A stretch of DNA of 64,000 nucleotides. Origin: Lachnospiraceae bacterium. Lineage in GTDB: Bacteria > Bacillota > Clostridia > Lachnospirales > Lachnospiraceae. A program made the position numbers and the translations under genes. The notes under the pieces were generated by a model that did not search any database, was not told the DNA's origin, and saw only the letters and a list, made by a program, of their open reading frames with translations. The stretch's first letter is position 1, and each line of letters opens with the position of its first letter. The stretch covers positions 7,520 through 71,519 of the forward strand of contig JAILKH010000019.1 in NCBI GenBank assembly GCA_024693925.1, written 5' to 3'. Below, in pieces: positions 47,039 through 56,723 of this stretch.

Positions 47039-49936
47039 TTAGCGATTTATATCAATAAAGTTAAATTCAAAATCCTCATCGAAATCCGCAGTATCATATA
47101 CGGGAGCATTAGGATCATTTTGATACTGCATCGCATTAGGATCATACATACCCTGGCCTTGACCCTGATAGCCCTGATCATATCCTTGATCATAACCCTG
47201 ATTTTGATAACTCTGACCCTGATACCCGGAATTCTGATAGCCGGAATTCTGATAGCCGGAATTCTGATAACCCTGATTTTGATAACCGTATCCCTGACCG
47301 TAATATCCCTGTTGCTGACCATATCCCTGATCATAACCCTGATTTTGATAGCCTTGAACAGGATATCCCTGATTCTGATAAATCTCCTGAGAATTTACAC
47401 CGCGATATCCCTGATCGTATTGAGGATACTGTGCATTTAAATTATTACGATTCTGATAATTCGAACCGTACCCGCGCTCATTACCCATACCTGCACCGCG
47501 CATATTCTCATTATCATATGATGTATCTTCTTTATACCGTCTTGATTCCCTTCTACTGTTCTTTTCGGAAATCTTTTTGGGAACTTTTTGCTTATTTCTT
47601 CTGAAGAAGCTGAATCCTTCATCTTCATCTTCATCCTCATCTTCATCTTCATCTTCATCATCAAAATCAAAGAATCTTCTCTTCCTGCCGGCAGATCTGC
47701 CATGTTTTTCAGCCTGCACCTCTTCCCGCATTGTAGGTGGATTCATCTGTTCTTCTTCGTATGATGCTCCCATGTTTCTGTCACCGTTGCCGGAGGTCCT
47801 GATAGCTTCTCTTAAGAACGCATTCTCTTCTTCATTTTCATATTGCATCTGCGCACCTCTTGTCCTTCGCGGCATATCTTTAGGAATCACAGGGGTAGCA
47901 CTACTCTTTATCCCGGTTCTGTCTCCGCTACTTACGGTTACGCCTTGATTCTGAGATTCCTGCCTTCCCGCCCGGGGATTTGATACTCGCGCTGCAGAAG
48001 CTGCTACCGAAGCCACCGCTGCCGCAGAGATTTCTTCAGTATTGGAGGCACGTTTGCTTATGGCTGCAGCGGTTTTCTTTACCGGTGCAACAGATGAAGT
48101 ACTTATTATCGGACCGTTTTCGTTTTCTTTCTTACCTTCAACGATATTTTCAGTCTTTCGTTGTTCCGGTACGGGTTTAAGTATTTTATCGGCTTTTTCT
48201 CCGTCTGCCTTCTTAACCTTAACCGTTTTCTTCTGCTTATGCTCGGGATCCTGATTAGTCCTGTATCTTTCCGGTAATGAATCGGTATTATTTCCTAATG
48301 GACGTCTTTTATCCGATGCCGCATTCTTTAATACTGATTCCATCTCAGACCAGTCTATATCTGTTGTTTCTTCTACAGGCTCGTTTTTATGTCTTTTTTT
48401 CTCTCTTATTACTCTCGGCTTTAAAACATCCGCTTCATCCTCTACTTTTGAAGACACCGCGACTGCTGCCGGCTTCTTGACAGGTTGTTTTACAACCCTG
48501 TGGACTTCTTCGTCGTCATCATCTTCATCGTCTTCGTCATCGTCTTCGTCATCGTCTTCATCTTCGTCGTCATCATCGTCATTTACATCATCGTCTTCAT
48601 CATCATCGTCTTCATCTTCGTCGTCATCATCGTCATCTTCGTATTCGTCTTCATCGTCGTCTTCATCGTCTTCATCTTCGTCGTCATCAAGCATTCTTCT
48701 CGGTTTTCTCTCTCTTAAACGTGGATCTAAGGGAATATCATCATAATCATCCTCTTCGTCATCACCGGCTTTTCCGAGTTTCACAGCCATAACGATAACG
48801 ATGATCAACAGTATCAATAACAGTATTGCCAATCCGCAAATTATAATAAGCCTTAATCTGAGAGGTTTTTCATATTTTTCTGCTGCTGCTTCAGTTGCAG
48901 CCTGGGTTATAGGTATCTGATTACCTTCACCATCTACCGCATTTCTTATTACCTGAAGATATCTCTGGTAGGTTCCTTCCTTCTGATCATACAGGTACCA
49001 GCCTTCATTACCTTCCGAACTTATTGCATAAACCAGAAAGAAATCCTGACTCGATACACCTCCGTCACTAAATACCGCCTGTGCTTCCGAATTGCCCGAA
49101 ACACTTGAATCCACCGGCACATAAGCCTCTAAGGTTTTTTCATTCCACATAAGTGTTGCCTTTGTGAAATTAAGCGGAACTTCAACGTTTGAAGGAGCTT
49201 TTAATACAATAATATACTTGTTTTCAATACCTCTTATCATGCGATAATCCGTCAACTCACCGGTATTCTGATCGATTATGCAAAAACCGCCCGTATTGGT
49301 TGCTTCATCCGTAACATAAACCATCAATATGTTTCCCATATCAAACTGAGCAGCTTCTATCATAGTTCCGCTATAAGTAGCAGTTGTCTTATGAAACAAC
49401 TCCGGCATCATCTCATCCGGAAATACCGTTGATATAGTCTTAGTGCCATCCAAGGACATAACCGTGCCGGCTTCCACTCCTGTATCGGAAGTCTGTGCAG
49501 CCGCCGAACTCATAGCCGCCGCCGTATCTTCACCTTCCACACTAAGTGAAATACTGCCTGTGGCCGGTTCCGCCCCTTCTTCACCAAAATCCGCAGTTAT
49601 ATAAACCTCCGCAGTTCCCCCGGACAAAACCATAAATGTGATTTTTGCTTCGGAATCGGTAAAGGTAAGCTTACCTCCTCCACCGCCATAAGTTTTATCA
49701 CTCTCTGTAAAGGCCAGTCTATTCTCATCATATTCCACCGAAATATCCGGAGCTTCCGCCTGATCTCCTTCCGATCCGGCAGTATATGATACCACAATGG
49801 AATCGCCAACTGCGGCAGTCTCTTTGTCGACCGTTACATTAACAGAAGTCGCTGCCCATAAAGGTGTTGCGGGCATCATTAACGTGAATCCGGCAATTAA
49901 TAAAATTGCAAATGATTTGATTTTTGTCCGTAGCAT
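47039..49936 (-). CDS. Single-pass membrane protein with an extracellular N-domain and about 580 aa of low-complexity tail (D/E tract, K/R-rich region, Q/G/Y repeats)
   Basis: SD GGGGAGGGG. Signal peptide aa 1-29, TM aa about 359-386 (LRLIIICGLAILLLILLIIVIVMAV), D/E run aa 417-477, second DE run aa 757-773, and (Y/G)QNQGY repeats aa about 822-930. Confidence 0.7.
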   Translation of the reverse strand: MLRTKIKSFAILLIAGFTLMMPATPLWAATSVNVTVDKETAAVGDSIVVSYTAGSEGDQAEAPDISVEYDENRLAFTESDKTYGGGGGKLTFTDSEAKITFMVLSGGTAEVYITADFGEEGAEPATGSISLSVEGEDTAAAMSSAAAQTSDTGVEAGTVMSLDGTKTISTVFPDEMMPELFHKTTATYSGTMIEAAQFDMGNILMVYVTDEATNTGGFCIIDQNTGELTDYRMIRGIENKYIIVLKAPSNVEVPLNFTKATLMWNEKTLEAYVPVDSSVSGNSEAQAVFSDGGVSSQDFFLVYAISSEGNEGWYLYDQKEGTYQRYLQVIRNAVDGEGNQIPITQAATEAAAEKYEKPLRLRLIIICGLAILLLILLIIVIVMAVKLGKAGDDEEDDYDDIPLDPRLRERKPRRMLDDDEDEDDEDDDEDEYEDDDDDDEDEDDDDEDDDVNDDDDDEDEDDDEDDDEDDEDDDDEEVHRVVKQPVKKPAAVAVSSKVEDEADVLKPRVIREKKRHKNEPVEETTDIDWSEMESVLKNAASDKRRPLGNNTDSLPERYRTNQDPEHKQKKTVKVKKADGEKADKILKPVPEQRKTENIVEGKKENENGPIISTSSVAPVKKTAAAISKRASNTEEISAAAVASVAASAARVSNPRAGRQESQNQGVTVSSGDRTGIKSSATPVIPKDMPRRTRGAQMQYENEEENAFLREAIRTSGNGDRNMGASYEEEQMNPPTMREEVQAEKHGRSAGRKRRFFDFDDEDEDEDEDEDEDEGFSFFRRNKQKVPKKISEKNSRRESRRYKEDTSYDNENMRGAGMGNERGYGSNYQNRNNLNAQYPQYDQGYRGVNSQEIYQNQGYPVQGYQNQGYDQGYGQQQGYYGQGYGYQNQGYQNSGYQNSGYQNSGYQGQSYQNQGYDQGYDQGYQGQGQGMYDPNAMQYQNDPNAPVYDTADFDEDFEFNFIDINR
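47147..47473 (-). repeat. Degenerate Q/G/Y-coding repeats, including 3 perfect 15-bp units (47226-47270)
   Basis: ccggaattctgata(g/a) occurs three times, encoding YQNSG x3. The surrounding region encodes GYQNQGY and GYDQGY variants. Confidence 0.85.
48506..48688 (-). repeat. GAN-triplet low-complexity tract (61 consecutive codons, almost all Asp/Glu)
   Basis: The plus strand reads as runs of atc/ttc/gtc triplets. Encodes DDDEDEDDEDDDEDEYEDDDDDDEDEDDDDEDDDVNDDDDDEDEDDDEDDDEDDEDDDDEE. Confidence 0.9.
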
Positions 49937-49957
49937 ACAGACCCCTCCCCGATTTAA

Positions 49958-52690
49958 TTATAAATTTCTCTGCACGTATAAAGTATATGTTCTAATGTTA
50001 CCGTTTTGAGCCTTACAAACAATCAGTATCGTATTTGTTCCAACCTCCAGATTGACAATACCGGCTCCCCCTACCACAGATGTGGCTGCTACCGGCGAAG
50101 CACTGATATTTATGGATGTCACCGAATTATCTACCGTAAGATAATATGTGTCTACCGCCGAATTAAACTGCGGTGCAATAACCATCCCGTCTACCGACAG
50201 ACCCGAAAGATAATTATTCGGATTTGATTCTCCTGTGGGCTTTTCACAAGGTGCTTCAGGCATATTATAATAGTATGGAATCCTAAACACAAGCGTAGTA
50301 TTCATATCGGAATACGCTTTTCTCATTTTTGCGGACTCCGACGATGCCGCCTGAATATTACTCATATACTGATGTTTATATATGCCGTTTTCCCTGTTTA
50401 CAACATTAAACTTTTCAAAGTATAACGTATTTTGACCCTTTTTTACATACTTATCCGAAAGATATTTTGCACTGCCCAGGATTGATTTATATCTGCTGTT
50501 CCAAGGCCTGAAAAATTCCTCATCATATTTTGAGGCATAAATAAGGCCGTTTATTATCGGTCCTCGTCCGTTTGCTTCATATGCACCTATATTAAAATAG
50601 TTAAATACCCCTTCATATCCGCCCACGGTACCGGAAATGCTCTGAGACCGACCATACAAACCCTGTTCCTGCAATATTCTTGTTGCTAAATGATACGGGC
50701 TTATACCGGTTGCCCTTGCGGTTTCCGTTATTACACTCACATAACTTCTGGGGGCCCCATCCGTATCAATAAATTCCGAATCAAGGAAGGAACCCTTAAT
50801 AATATTGGCAACTCCCTGCTCGTTTTGATAATCAAGATTATCCAAAAGCTCAAACTGGAATATACCGCTCTCATTCAAGAAATTCCTTGGATCCATATAA
50901 TAGGATATCAGCTCTGCGGAAGCCGCTGCCCAACTTCCCCCGTCAAATCTGTACCATATATTCTGATTCCAGTTATATGCCTGCGGAACCGTGGACTTCC
51001 AGGAGGATATACTGTTATATGCAACCAGATTTTTGCCAACACTGCATTCTGCCGCTATGGACTCATTCCAGTCAAGCCCGGTATCAACGGTCTCAAACCT
51101 CCAATTCGGATATTTTTCATGAAGTGTTCTCAAACCGGCTTTATAACTTTCCGGCAAGGAGCTTATTGATTGTTCAAAATCAACATCGGCGGAAGGCTTG
51201 GTGCTTCCCTCCGTTGCTATTACGTGAACCAGGTCGCTGCGTATATAACCTTTTTTTTCCGTGCCTTTACAGGTGAAATCCACATAATACCACTTTTGTT
51301 CATCACTGCCCATAACCTCGCCCAAAATATTCAGACGATGTCCCGATGAAAGCTGTTCAACAACCGTTCCGTTCACCGCGCTTTCTCTTATCCTTATACC
51401 GGAACCTTTTACCAGGCCTGTAAGAGCTTCACTGTAATCAGAGGTATTTTCCTCCGTTTTTACATAATCCGACAATATCCAGCCTTTATATTCATCATTA
51501 TTAAATTTATAAGATATATTATACCATATCTTTCCGTCTTCAACACTCCGTTCATTTATAACCGTCACTGTAGAACCTGTACTGAGCCAGGTAACTATCT
51601 CTCCGTTTACAGGTTCTTTACGCACATTAACATTTATACCGTTCACTGCTCCGGCATGAGGTTCGTAATCATCAGTATCCGATCCCTCGCCGGTATTCTG
51701 GAGCTCATCACCTTCCGTATCCTGAACCTGCCCGTTATTATCGTTTTCCCTCAAACCAGAAACGGAGTCACCAGACTCTGCTGCTTCTTTTGCAACCACC
51801 GTCTGTGTGACTCCATCTACATAATCCGCTCTTATGTATCCTGTCTGAGGAGTTAGGTTATTGATAAAGGATATCTTATACCAAACTTTTCCGTCACCCC
51901 CTGCCGTCTGCTCGGTAACAGTCACGATCTGGCCCTGGCTGACCCTGCATATCACTTCACCATCAACAGACGTCTTTCGGACATTAATGCCGTATCCCTT
52001 GATCTTTCCTATTTGAACCGTGGTTGCTTCGGATTGAGTATCGCCCTCAGCACCCGGTGTCTTTGCAGTTACCGTAGTGTTTTCCTGTTCCTTCTGTTCG
52101 GATTGTATAGTGGCAACCTTTCCGTTAACCTTAAGAAGATCCGATCTTATATAACCCCGGTATGTGACCCCGCCCTGACTGTAATTTACCAAATACCAGG
52201 TCTTACCATCATCTCCGGCTACCGCCCCGGCCACCTTGACTTCCGAATTCTGCTTAAGGCATTTCTCTATTTCGGCTTTTTGGGAGGCCTCATGTCTCAT
52301 TATGGCGATATCAACTATAACAACTCCGTCTGCTGTCTTTGAACCTCCACTGTCAGATGAGGTTTTCGATGTCTCATCCCCGGAAACATTTTCTGTTTTA
52401 ACTTTGGTTTTGGATTTATTAATAAGATCCGACCTGATATACCCGGTAGCCGCTCCTATCTTAATCTGATACCAAACCTTTCCATCATTACCTTTTTTCT
52501 CATCAACTATTGTAACTTCCTCATCCTTACGGACCCCAAAAGCAAATGATGAATTGGTAGAAGCTTCTTTCCTGACCTTACCGCTTTGACAGGTTACAGT
52601 ACCTTTTACCGCAGTATATGCATATGTTGAATTCGAACCTGTCATAACCAGCACCGTGATCATTACAGGCAACATTAAATATCGAATCAT
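49958..52690 (-). CDS. Cell-wall hydrolase: about 5 SH3b domains, glucosaminidase (GH73-like) domain, C-terminal cadherin-like beta-sandwich
   Basis: Start at ATG 52690 (MIRYLMLPVMITVLVMTG, signal peptide, SD AAGGGTGG). Recurrent ...GYIRSDL... SH3b signatures. GISPYHLATRILQEQG is glucosaminidase-like. The C-terminal NYLSGLSVDG...YTLYVQR is a cadherin-like domain. Confidence 0.85.
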   Translation of the reverse strand: MIRYLMLPVMITVLVMTGSNSTYAYTAVKGTVTCQSGKVRKEASTNSSFAFGVRKDEEVTIVDEKKGNDGKVWYQIKIGAATGYIRSDLINKSKTKVKTENVSGDETSKTSSDSGGSKTADGVVIVDIAIMRHEASQKAEIEKCLKQNSEVKVAGAVAGDDGKTWYLVNYSQGGVTYRGYIRSDLLKVNGKVATIQSEQKEQENTTVTAKTPGAEGDTQSEATTVQIGKIKGYGINVRKTSVDGEVICRVSQGQIVTVTEQTAGGDGKVWYKISFINNLTPQTGYIRADYVDGVTQTVVAKEAAESGDSVSGLRENDNNGQVQDTEGDELQNTGEGSDTDDYEPHAGAVNGINVNVRKEPVNGEIVTWLSTGSTVTVINERSVEDGKIWYNISYKFNNDEYKGWILSDYVKTEENTSDYSEALTGLVKGSGIRIRESAVNGTVVEQLSSGHRLNILGEVMGSDEQKWYYVDFTCKGTEKKGYIRSDLVHVIATEGSTKPSADVDFEQSISSLPESYKAGLRTLHEKYPNWRFETVDTGLDWNESIAAECSVGKNLVAYNSISSWKSTVPQAYNWNQNIWYRFDGGSWAAASAELISYYMDPRNFLNESGIFQFELLDNLDYQNEQGVANIIKGSFLDSEFIDTDGAPRSYVSVITETARATGISPYHLATRILQEQGLYGRSQSISGTVGGYEGVFNYFNIGAYEANGRGPIINGLIYASKYDEEFFRPWNSRYKSILGSAKYLSDKYVKKGQNTLYFEKFNVVNRENGIYKHQYMSNIQAASSESAKMRKAYSDMNTTLVFRIPYYYNMPEAPCEKPTGESNPNNYLSGLSVDGMVIAPQFNSAVDTYYLTVDNSVTSINISASPVAATSVVGGAGIVNLEVGTNTILIVCKAQNGNIRTYTLYVQRNL

Positions 52691-52837
52691 GCGACCACCC
52701 TTAGATCGCATATTATTCGCACACGTACAAGAACGCATGATATACCGATTCCCCTTTCAGTATATGTGTTCTGAATACTGTAGATTGACCTTTTTAATAT
52801 TGGCCCCCTCTGCATTATTCATTTTCCCTCGAAATAC

Positions 52838-52866
52838 ATAATACAACTTGTCATCGTTTATGTCAA
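52838..52866 (-). promoter_or_regulatory. Strong sigma-A promoter upstream of the autolysin gene
   Basis: Minus strand reads TTGACA-TAAACGATGACAAGTTG-TATTAT (17-nt spacer). It leaves a leader of about 140 nt before ATG 52690. Confidence 0.65.
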
Positions 52867-52918
52867 CCTAAAAAAAAGGATTTGTTTCAAATTTATTACA
52901 TTTTTTTAATAAATCCGG

Positions 52919-52950
52919 CAAAAAAAGCCCGAATTTTCGGGCTTTTTTTA
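52919..52950 (-). terminator. Rho-independent (bidirectional-looking) terminator after purD
   Basis: AAAAAAAGCCCGAATTTTCGGGCTTTTTTT: a GC stem flanked by A- and T-runs. Confidence 0.8.
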
Positions 52951-53013
52951 TTAACAGGTTGTGATTTGCAATATAATTCTTCCCAACCGGTATTATATAT
53001 TATGTTGACTTGT

Positions 53014-54294
53014 TTAGTCTATCTGTGCTTCATCTATAGCTTTACCGATATCGTGTCTGAAATACTTATTATCAAATTCTATCCAGTCCACCGCCTCATA
53101 TGCATTTTTCCGTGCGGTTATAAGATCCTTACCCAAAGCCGTAACCCCAAGAACTCTTCCCCCGTTGGTTACTGTCTCATTATCCTTAAAAGCTGTCCCC
53201 GCATGGAAAACAAAACAGGTATCTTTATCCTTAAACTTTTCAAGACCTGATATTTTATAACCCTTATCATACTTAACAGGATAACCTTCAGAGGCAAGGA
53301 CAACACAAACTGCGGCATTATCCTCAAAATCCAGGTTGATATCGTCAAGCTTACCGTCTATACAGGCTTCCATCACTTCAATAATATCATTATTCATTCT
53401 CGGAAGCACCACCTGAGCTTCAGGGTCACCAAACCGCGCATTATACTCAAGAACTCTGGGGCCGTTTTCGGTAAGCATAAGTCCAAAGAAAATTATACCT
53501 TTAAATTCTCTTCCCTCTGCCGCCATGGCATCAACTGTCGGCTGATAAATATATTTCCTGCAGAATTCATCCACTTCTTCCGTATAAAACGGACTCGGAG
53601 AAAAGGTTCCCATTCCCCCGGTATTAAGCCCCTTATCACCATCCATGGCTCTTTTATGATCCTGTGCACTTGTCATTGGAAGTATGGTCTTTCCATCAAC
53701 AAAGGACAATACCGAGACTTCCCGTCCCGTCATATATTCCTCTATTACCATCTTATTCCCCGCGCTTCCAAACCTCTTATCAAGCATTATGGATTTAACA
53801 CCTTCCCTCGCTTCGGAAAGAGTATTGCAAATAAGCACGCCCTTTCCCAATGCCAGTCCGTCAGCCTTTAAAACTATAGGCATTTTTGCAGTTTCAAGAT
53901 ATTTAAGCGCATCCTCGGCATTATCAAAATTCTCGTATGCTGCCGTGGGAATATTATATTTTTTCATAAGATCTTTTGAGAAAGCTTTACTGCCCTCCAA
54001 TATCGCCGCATTTTTTCGCGGGCCGAAGGCTCTTAAACCTTTAGCTTCAAAAGCATCCACCGCACCGGCAACAAGAGGATCATCCGGTGCAACAACCGTA
54101 AGATCTATCTTTTCCTTTAATGCAAAATCCGTAAGTTTGTCAAATTCCATAACTCCTATATCAACACACTCGGCAAGTTGGGCTATTCCTGCGTTTCCGG
54201 GTGCACAATATATCTTTGTAACCTGTTTACTTTTTGAAATACTGCTGACGAGCGCATGCTCTCGTCCGCCTCCTCCAACAACAAGTACCTTCAT
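53014..54294 (-). CDS. purD: Phosphoribosylamine--glycine ligase
   Basis: MKVLVVGGGGREHAL start, ATP-grasp layout, 426 aa. Confidence 0.96.
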   Translation of the reverse strand: MKVLVVGGGGREHALVSSISKSKQVTKIYCAPGNAGIAQLAECVDIGVMEFDKLTDFALKEKIDLTVVAPDDPLVAGAVDAFEAKGLRAFGPRKNAAILEGSKAFSKDLMKKYNIPTAAYENFDNAEDALKYLETAKMPIVLKADGLALGKGVLICNTLSEAREGVKSIMLDKRFGSAGNKMVIEEYMTGREVSVLSFVDGKTILPMTSAQDHKRAMDGDKGLNTGGMGTFSPSPFYTEEVDEFCRKYIYQPTVDAMAAEGREFKGIIFFGLMLTENGPRVLEYNARFGDPEAQVVLPRMNNDIIEVMEACIDGKLDDINLDFEDNAAVCVVLASEGYPVKYDKGYKISGLEKFKDKDTCFVFHAGTAFKDNETVTNGGRVLGVTALGKDLITARKNAYEAVDWIEFDNKYFRHDIGKAIDEAQID

Positions 54295-54389
54295 TACTAT
54301 CTCCTTCCGTTTTGGCTCAGGCTATCAGCTATACGGCAAAATCCTTATGCCTGTTTATTTTTTCATTTAAACACTTTATATTACCCGGG

Positions 54390-55013
54390 TCATTCAATAT
54401 ATGTCCGCTTATCCTTTATAAATACACGTCCCTTGGAGATAAGATCTATGGCTTTTGGCAGGATTATCCACTCAGCCTGCTCCATTACCCGTTTCTGAAG
54501 AGTGACAGGTGTATCATCTTCTTCTATCTCCACGGCTTTTTGAAGGATTATAGGTCCCGTATCCGTTCCTTCATCCACAAAATGAACAGTAGCACCCGTA
54601 ACCTTAACACCTCTTTTAAGAGCATTTTCATGAACTTTCAATCCATAAAAACCATCCCCGCAAAAAGCAGGGATCAATGAAGGATGGATATTAATGATCT
54701 TCCCTGTCCATTTTTTCACAAAATCCCCGGATAAAACCACCAAAAATCCGGCCAAAACTATCAGCTGTGTATCCGCTTCCTCTATCTTACGGGACATGGT
54801 TTCAAAATACCCGGATCTGTCGGTAAAATTTTTGGGGCTTATGCATTCGGCATCAATTCCATGCTGCCGTGCTCTTTGCAAAGCATATGCATCCTCTTTA
54901 TTACTGATCACTTTCACAATCCTGACATCTTTAAGAGTACCGTTTTCTATGGCATCTATAACAGCCTGAAGGTTGGTTCCGCCCCCCGATACAAGTACCG
55001 TAATATTTAACAT
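54390..55013 (-). CDS. purN: Phosphoribosylglycinamide formyltransferase
   Basis: ITVLVSGGGTNLQA and IINIHPSLIP motifs. Confidence 0.93.
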   Translation of the reverse strand: MLNITVLVSGGGTNLQAVIDAIENGTLKDVRIVKVISNKEDAYALQRARQHGIDAECISPKNFTDRSGYFETMSRKIEEADTQLIVLAGFLVVLSGDFVKKWTGKIINIHPSLIPAFCGDGFYGLKVHENALKRGVKVTGATVHFVDEGTDTGPIILQKAVEIEEDDTPVTLQKRVMEQAEWIILPKAIDLISKGRVFIKDKRTYIE

Positions 55014-55031
55014 ATCCGTCTCCTTAACAAA

Positions 55032-56057
55032 TCACACGAGGGTTACTCCCTTTTCGCCCTTCTCGATATATCCCACCTTATATGGTTTTTCACCGGCAGC
55101 CTCTATTGCCTTCATAGTCTTGTCTACATCATCGGCATTGACCACCACCATCATTCCTATACCCATATTGTAGGTATTATACATCATTTCCTCAGCTATA
55201 TTTCCACTGGTTTTAATAAGATCAAAGATTGGCGGCATATCATATGAATCTTTCTTTATAACTGCCCTCATTCCCACAGGAAGCATTCTGGGAATATTTT
55301 CATAAAATCCGCCTCCTGTAATATGCGAGCATCCTTTTATAAGTATGCCTTCCTCTTTTATACTCTTAAGAGCTTTTACATATATCTTTGTTGGCGTAAG
55401 CAAAGCTTCGCCAAGAGTCATTCCCAGCGACGAAACATGCTCCATCATGCAGGATTCTCTCATAGGGAATACCTTACGGACGAGAGAATATCCATTACTG
55501 TGAACTCCGGAGGATGCCATTCCTATAATAACATCGCCTTCTTTAATATCTTCTCCCGTAATAAGTTTTTTCTTATCAACTATCCCCACCGCGAATCCGG
55601 CAAGATCATATTCATCTTCGGGATAAAATCCCGGCATTTCAGCTGTTTCTCCGCCTATAAGAGCACACCCCGCCTGTCTGCAACCTTCCGCTACGCCCTT
55701 GACTATAGACGCGATCTTCTCGGGTTCATTCTTTCCGCAAGCTATATAATCCAGAAAAAATAATGGCTCACCTCCTGCGCAGGCTATATCATTCACGCAC
55801 ATTGCCACACAATCGATTCCGATCGTATCATGTTTATCAAGCAGGAAAGCAAGTTTAAGTTTTGTACCTACACCATCCGTTCCGGAAACAAGAGTCGGAC
55901 TCTCCATATTCTTAAACCCATCCAATGAAAAAGCACCGGAAAAGCCTCCCAATCCCGTCAAAACCTCCGGTCTCATGGTAGTCTTTACATGTTCCTTCAT
56001 CAGTTCCACTGCTTTATAACCTGCCTCAATATCCACTCCGGCACTTTTATAATCCAT
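55032..56057 (-). CDS. purM: Phosphoribosylformylglycinamidine cyclo-ligase (AIR synthetase)
   Basis: [12 protein letters not shown] and [12 protein letters not shown] 56057 lies 6 nt after GGGAG. The track start at 56078 is GTG. Confidence 0.96.
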   Translation of the reverse strand: MDYKSAGVDIEAGYKAVELMKEHVKTTMRPEVLTGLGGFSGAFSLDGFKNMESPTLVSGTDGVGTKLKLAFLLDKHDTIGIDCVAMCVNDIACAGGEPLFFLDYIACGKNEPEKIASIVKGVAEGCRQAGCALIGGETAEMPGFYPEDEYDLAGFAVGIVDKKKLITGEDIKEGDVIIGMASSGVHSNGYSLVRKVFPMRESCMMEHVSSLGMTLGEALLTPTKIYVKALKSIKEEGILIKGCSHITGGGFYENIPRMLPVGMRAVIKKDSYDMPPIFDLIKTSGNIAEEMMYNTYNMGIGMMVVVNADDVDKTMKAIEAAGEKPYKVGYIEKGEKGVTLV

Positions 56058-56111
56058 TTTTGTCTCCCTTCCGATCACAACCGATCAACCCGATAAAACA
56101 GCAAATCCCAA

Positions 56112-56627
56112 TTATTTCATAGAAGCCAGATATTCCTTATAACCAATTCTTTCAAGCTTCTTTGCTTTTTCTTCCACTGCGTGACCTATATCCTCTTTAT
56201 AATCCTTAACTTTTTCAAGCAGGACAGGATCCGAAATGGCCAGCATTTTTATAGCTAAAAGCGCTGCATTTGCGCCTCCGTTAATAGCTACGGTAGCTAC
56301 GGGAACTCCCCCGGGCATCTGTACAATGGAATATAGGGAATCACGTCCTCCCAATGATGCAGTATGCATAGGAATACCGATCACAGGCATCGGAAACATT
56401 GATGCAAGCATTCCGGGAAGATGAGCCGCCATGCCCGCTCCCGCTATTATAACCTTATATCCCTTTTCCTCAGCAGTCTGTGCATATTCAAAAAACTTCT
56501 CCGGTTCTCTATGTGCAGAAATAATAGTCATTTCATAATCAACACCAAAATTATCCAGCATTTCCGCCGCCTTATACATAACAGGCATATCGGAATCGCT
56601 TCCCATTATTATACCTACTTTTGCCAT
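56112..56627 (-). CDS. purE: 5-(carboxyamino)imidazole ribonucleotide mutase
   Basis: KVGIIMGSDSDMPVM and AGMAAHLPG motifs. SD AAGGAGAG. Confidence 0.95.
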   Translation of the reverse strand: MAKVGIIMGSDSDMPVMYKAAEMLDNFGVDYEMTIISAHREPEKFFEYAQTAEEKGYKVIIAGAGMAAHLPGMLASMFPMPVIGIPMHTASLGGRDSLYSIVQMPGGVPVATVAINGGANAALLAIKMLAISDPVLLEKVKDYKEDIGHAVEEKAKKLERIGYKEYLASMK

Positions 56628-56723
56628 AACTCTCTCCTTTTACCTTGATTCTTTCTATTTCCAACATATAATATATACAACATTTATCTTTTGCGCAAGT
56701 TAAGATTTTAACCCCGCTTATTA

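Noticed and set aside
48477-48746. Poly-Ser (and poly-I/V/F) plus-strand ORFs
   Set aside because: They are antisense translations of the GAN-triplet tract encoding the D/E run, with no SD or independent support.
53014-56627. The partial pur cluster (purE-M-N-D without purC/F/H) as an anomaly
   Set aside because: Split pur operons are common. All four genes look intact with good SDs, and the cluster ends in a strong terminator.
56628-56723. Purine riboswitch upstream of purE
   Set aside because: The 96-nt gap has no recognisable guanine or adenine aptamer core (no conserved junction or loop sequences that I can match). A covariance-model scan would be needed to be definitive.
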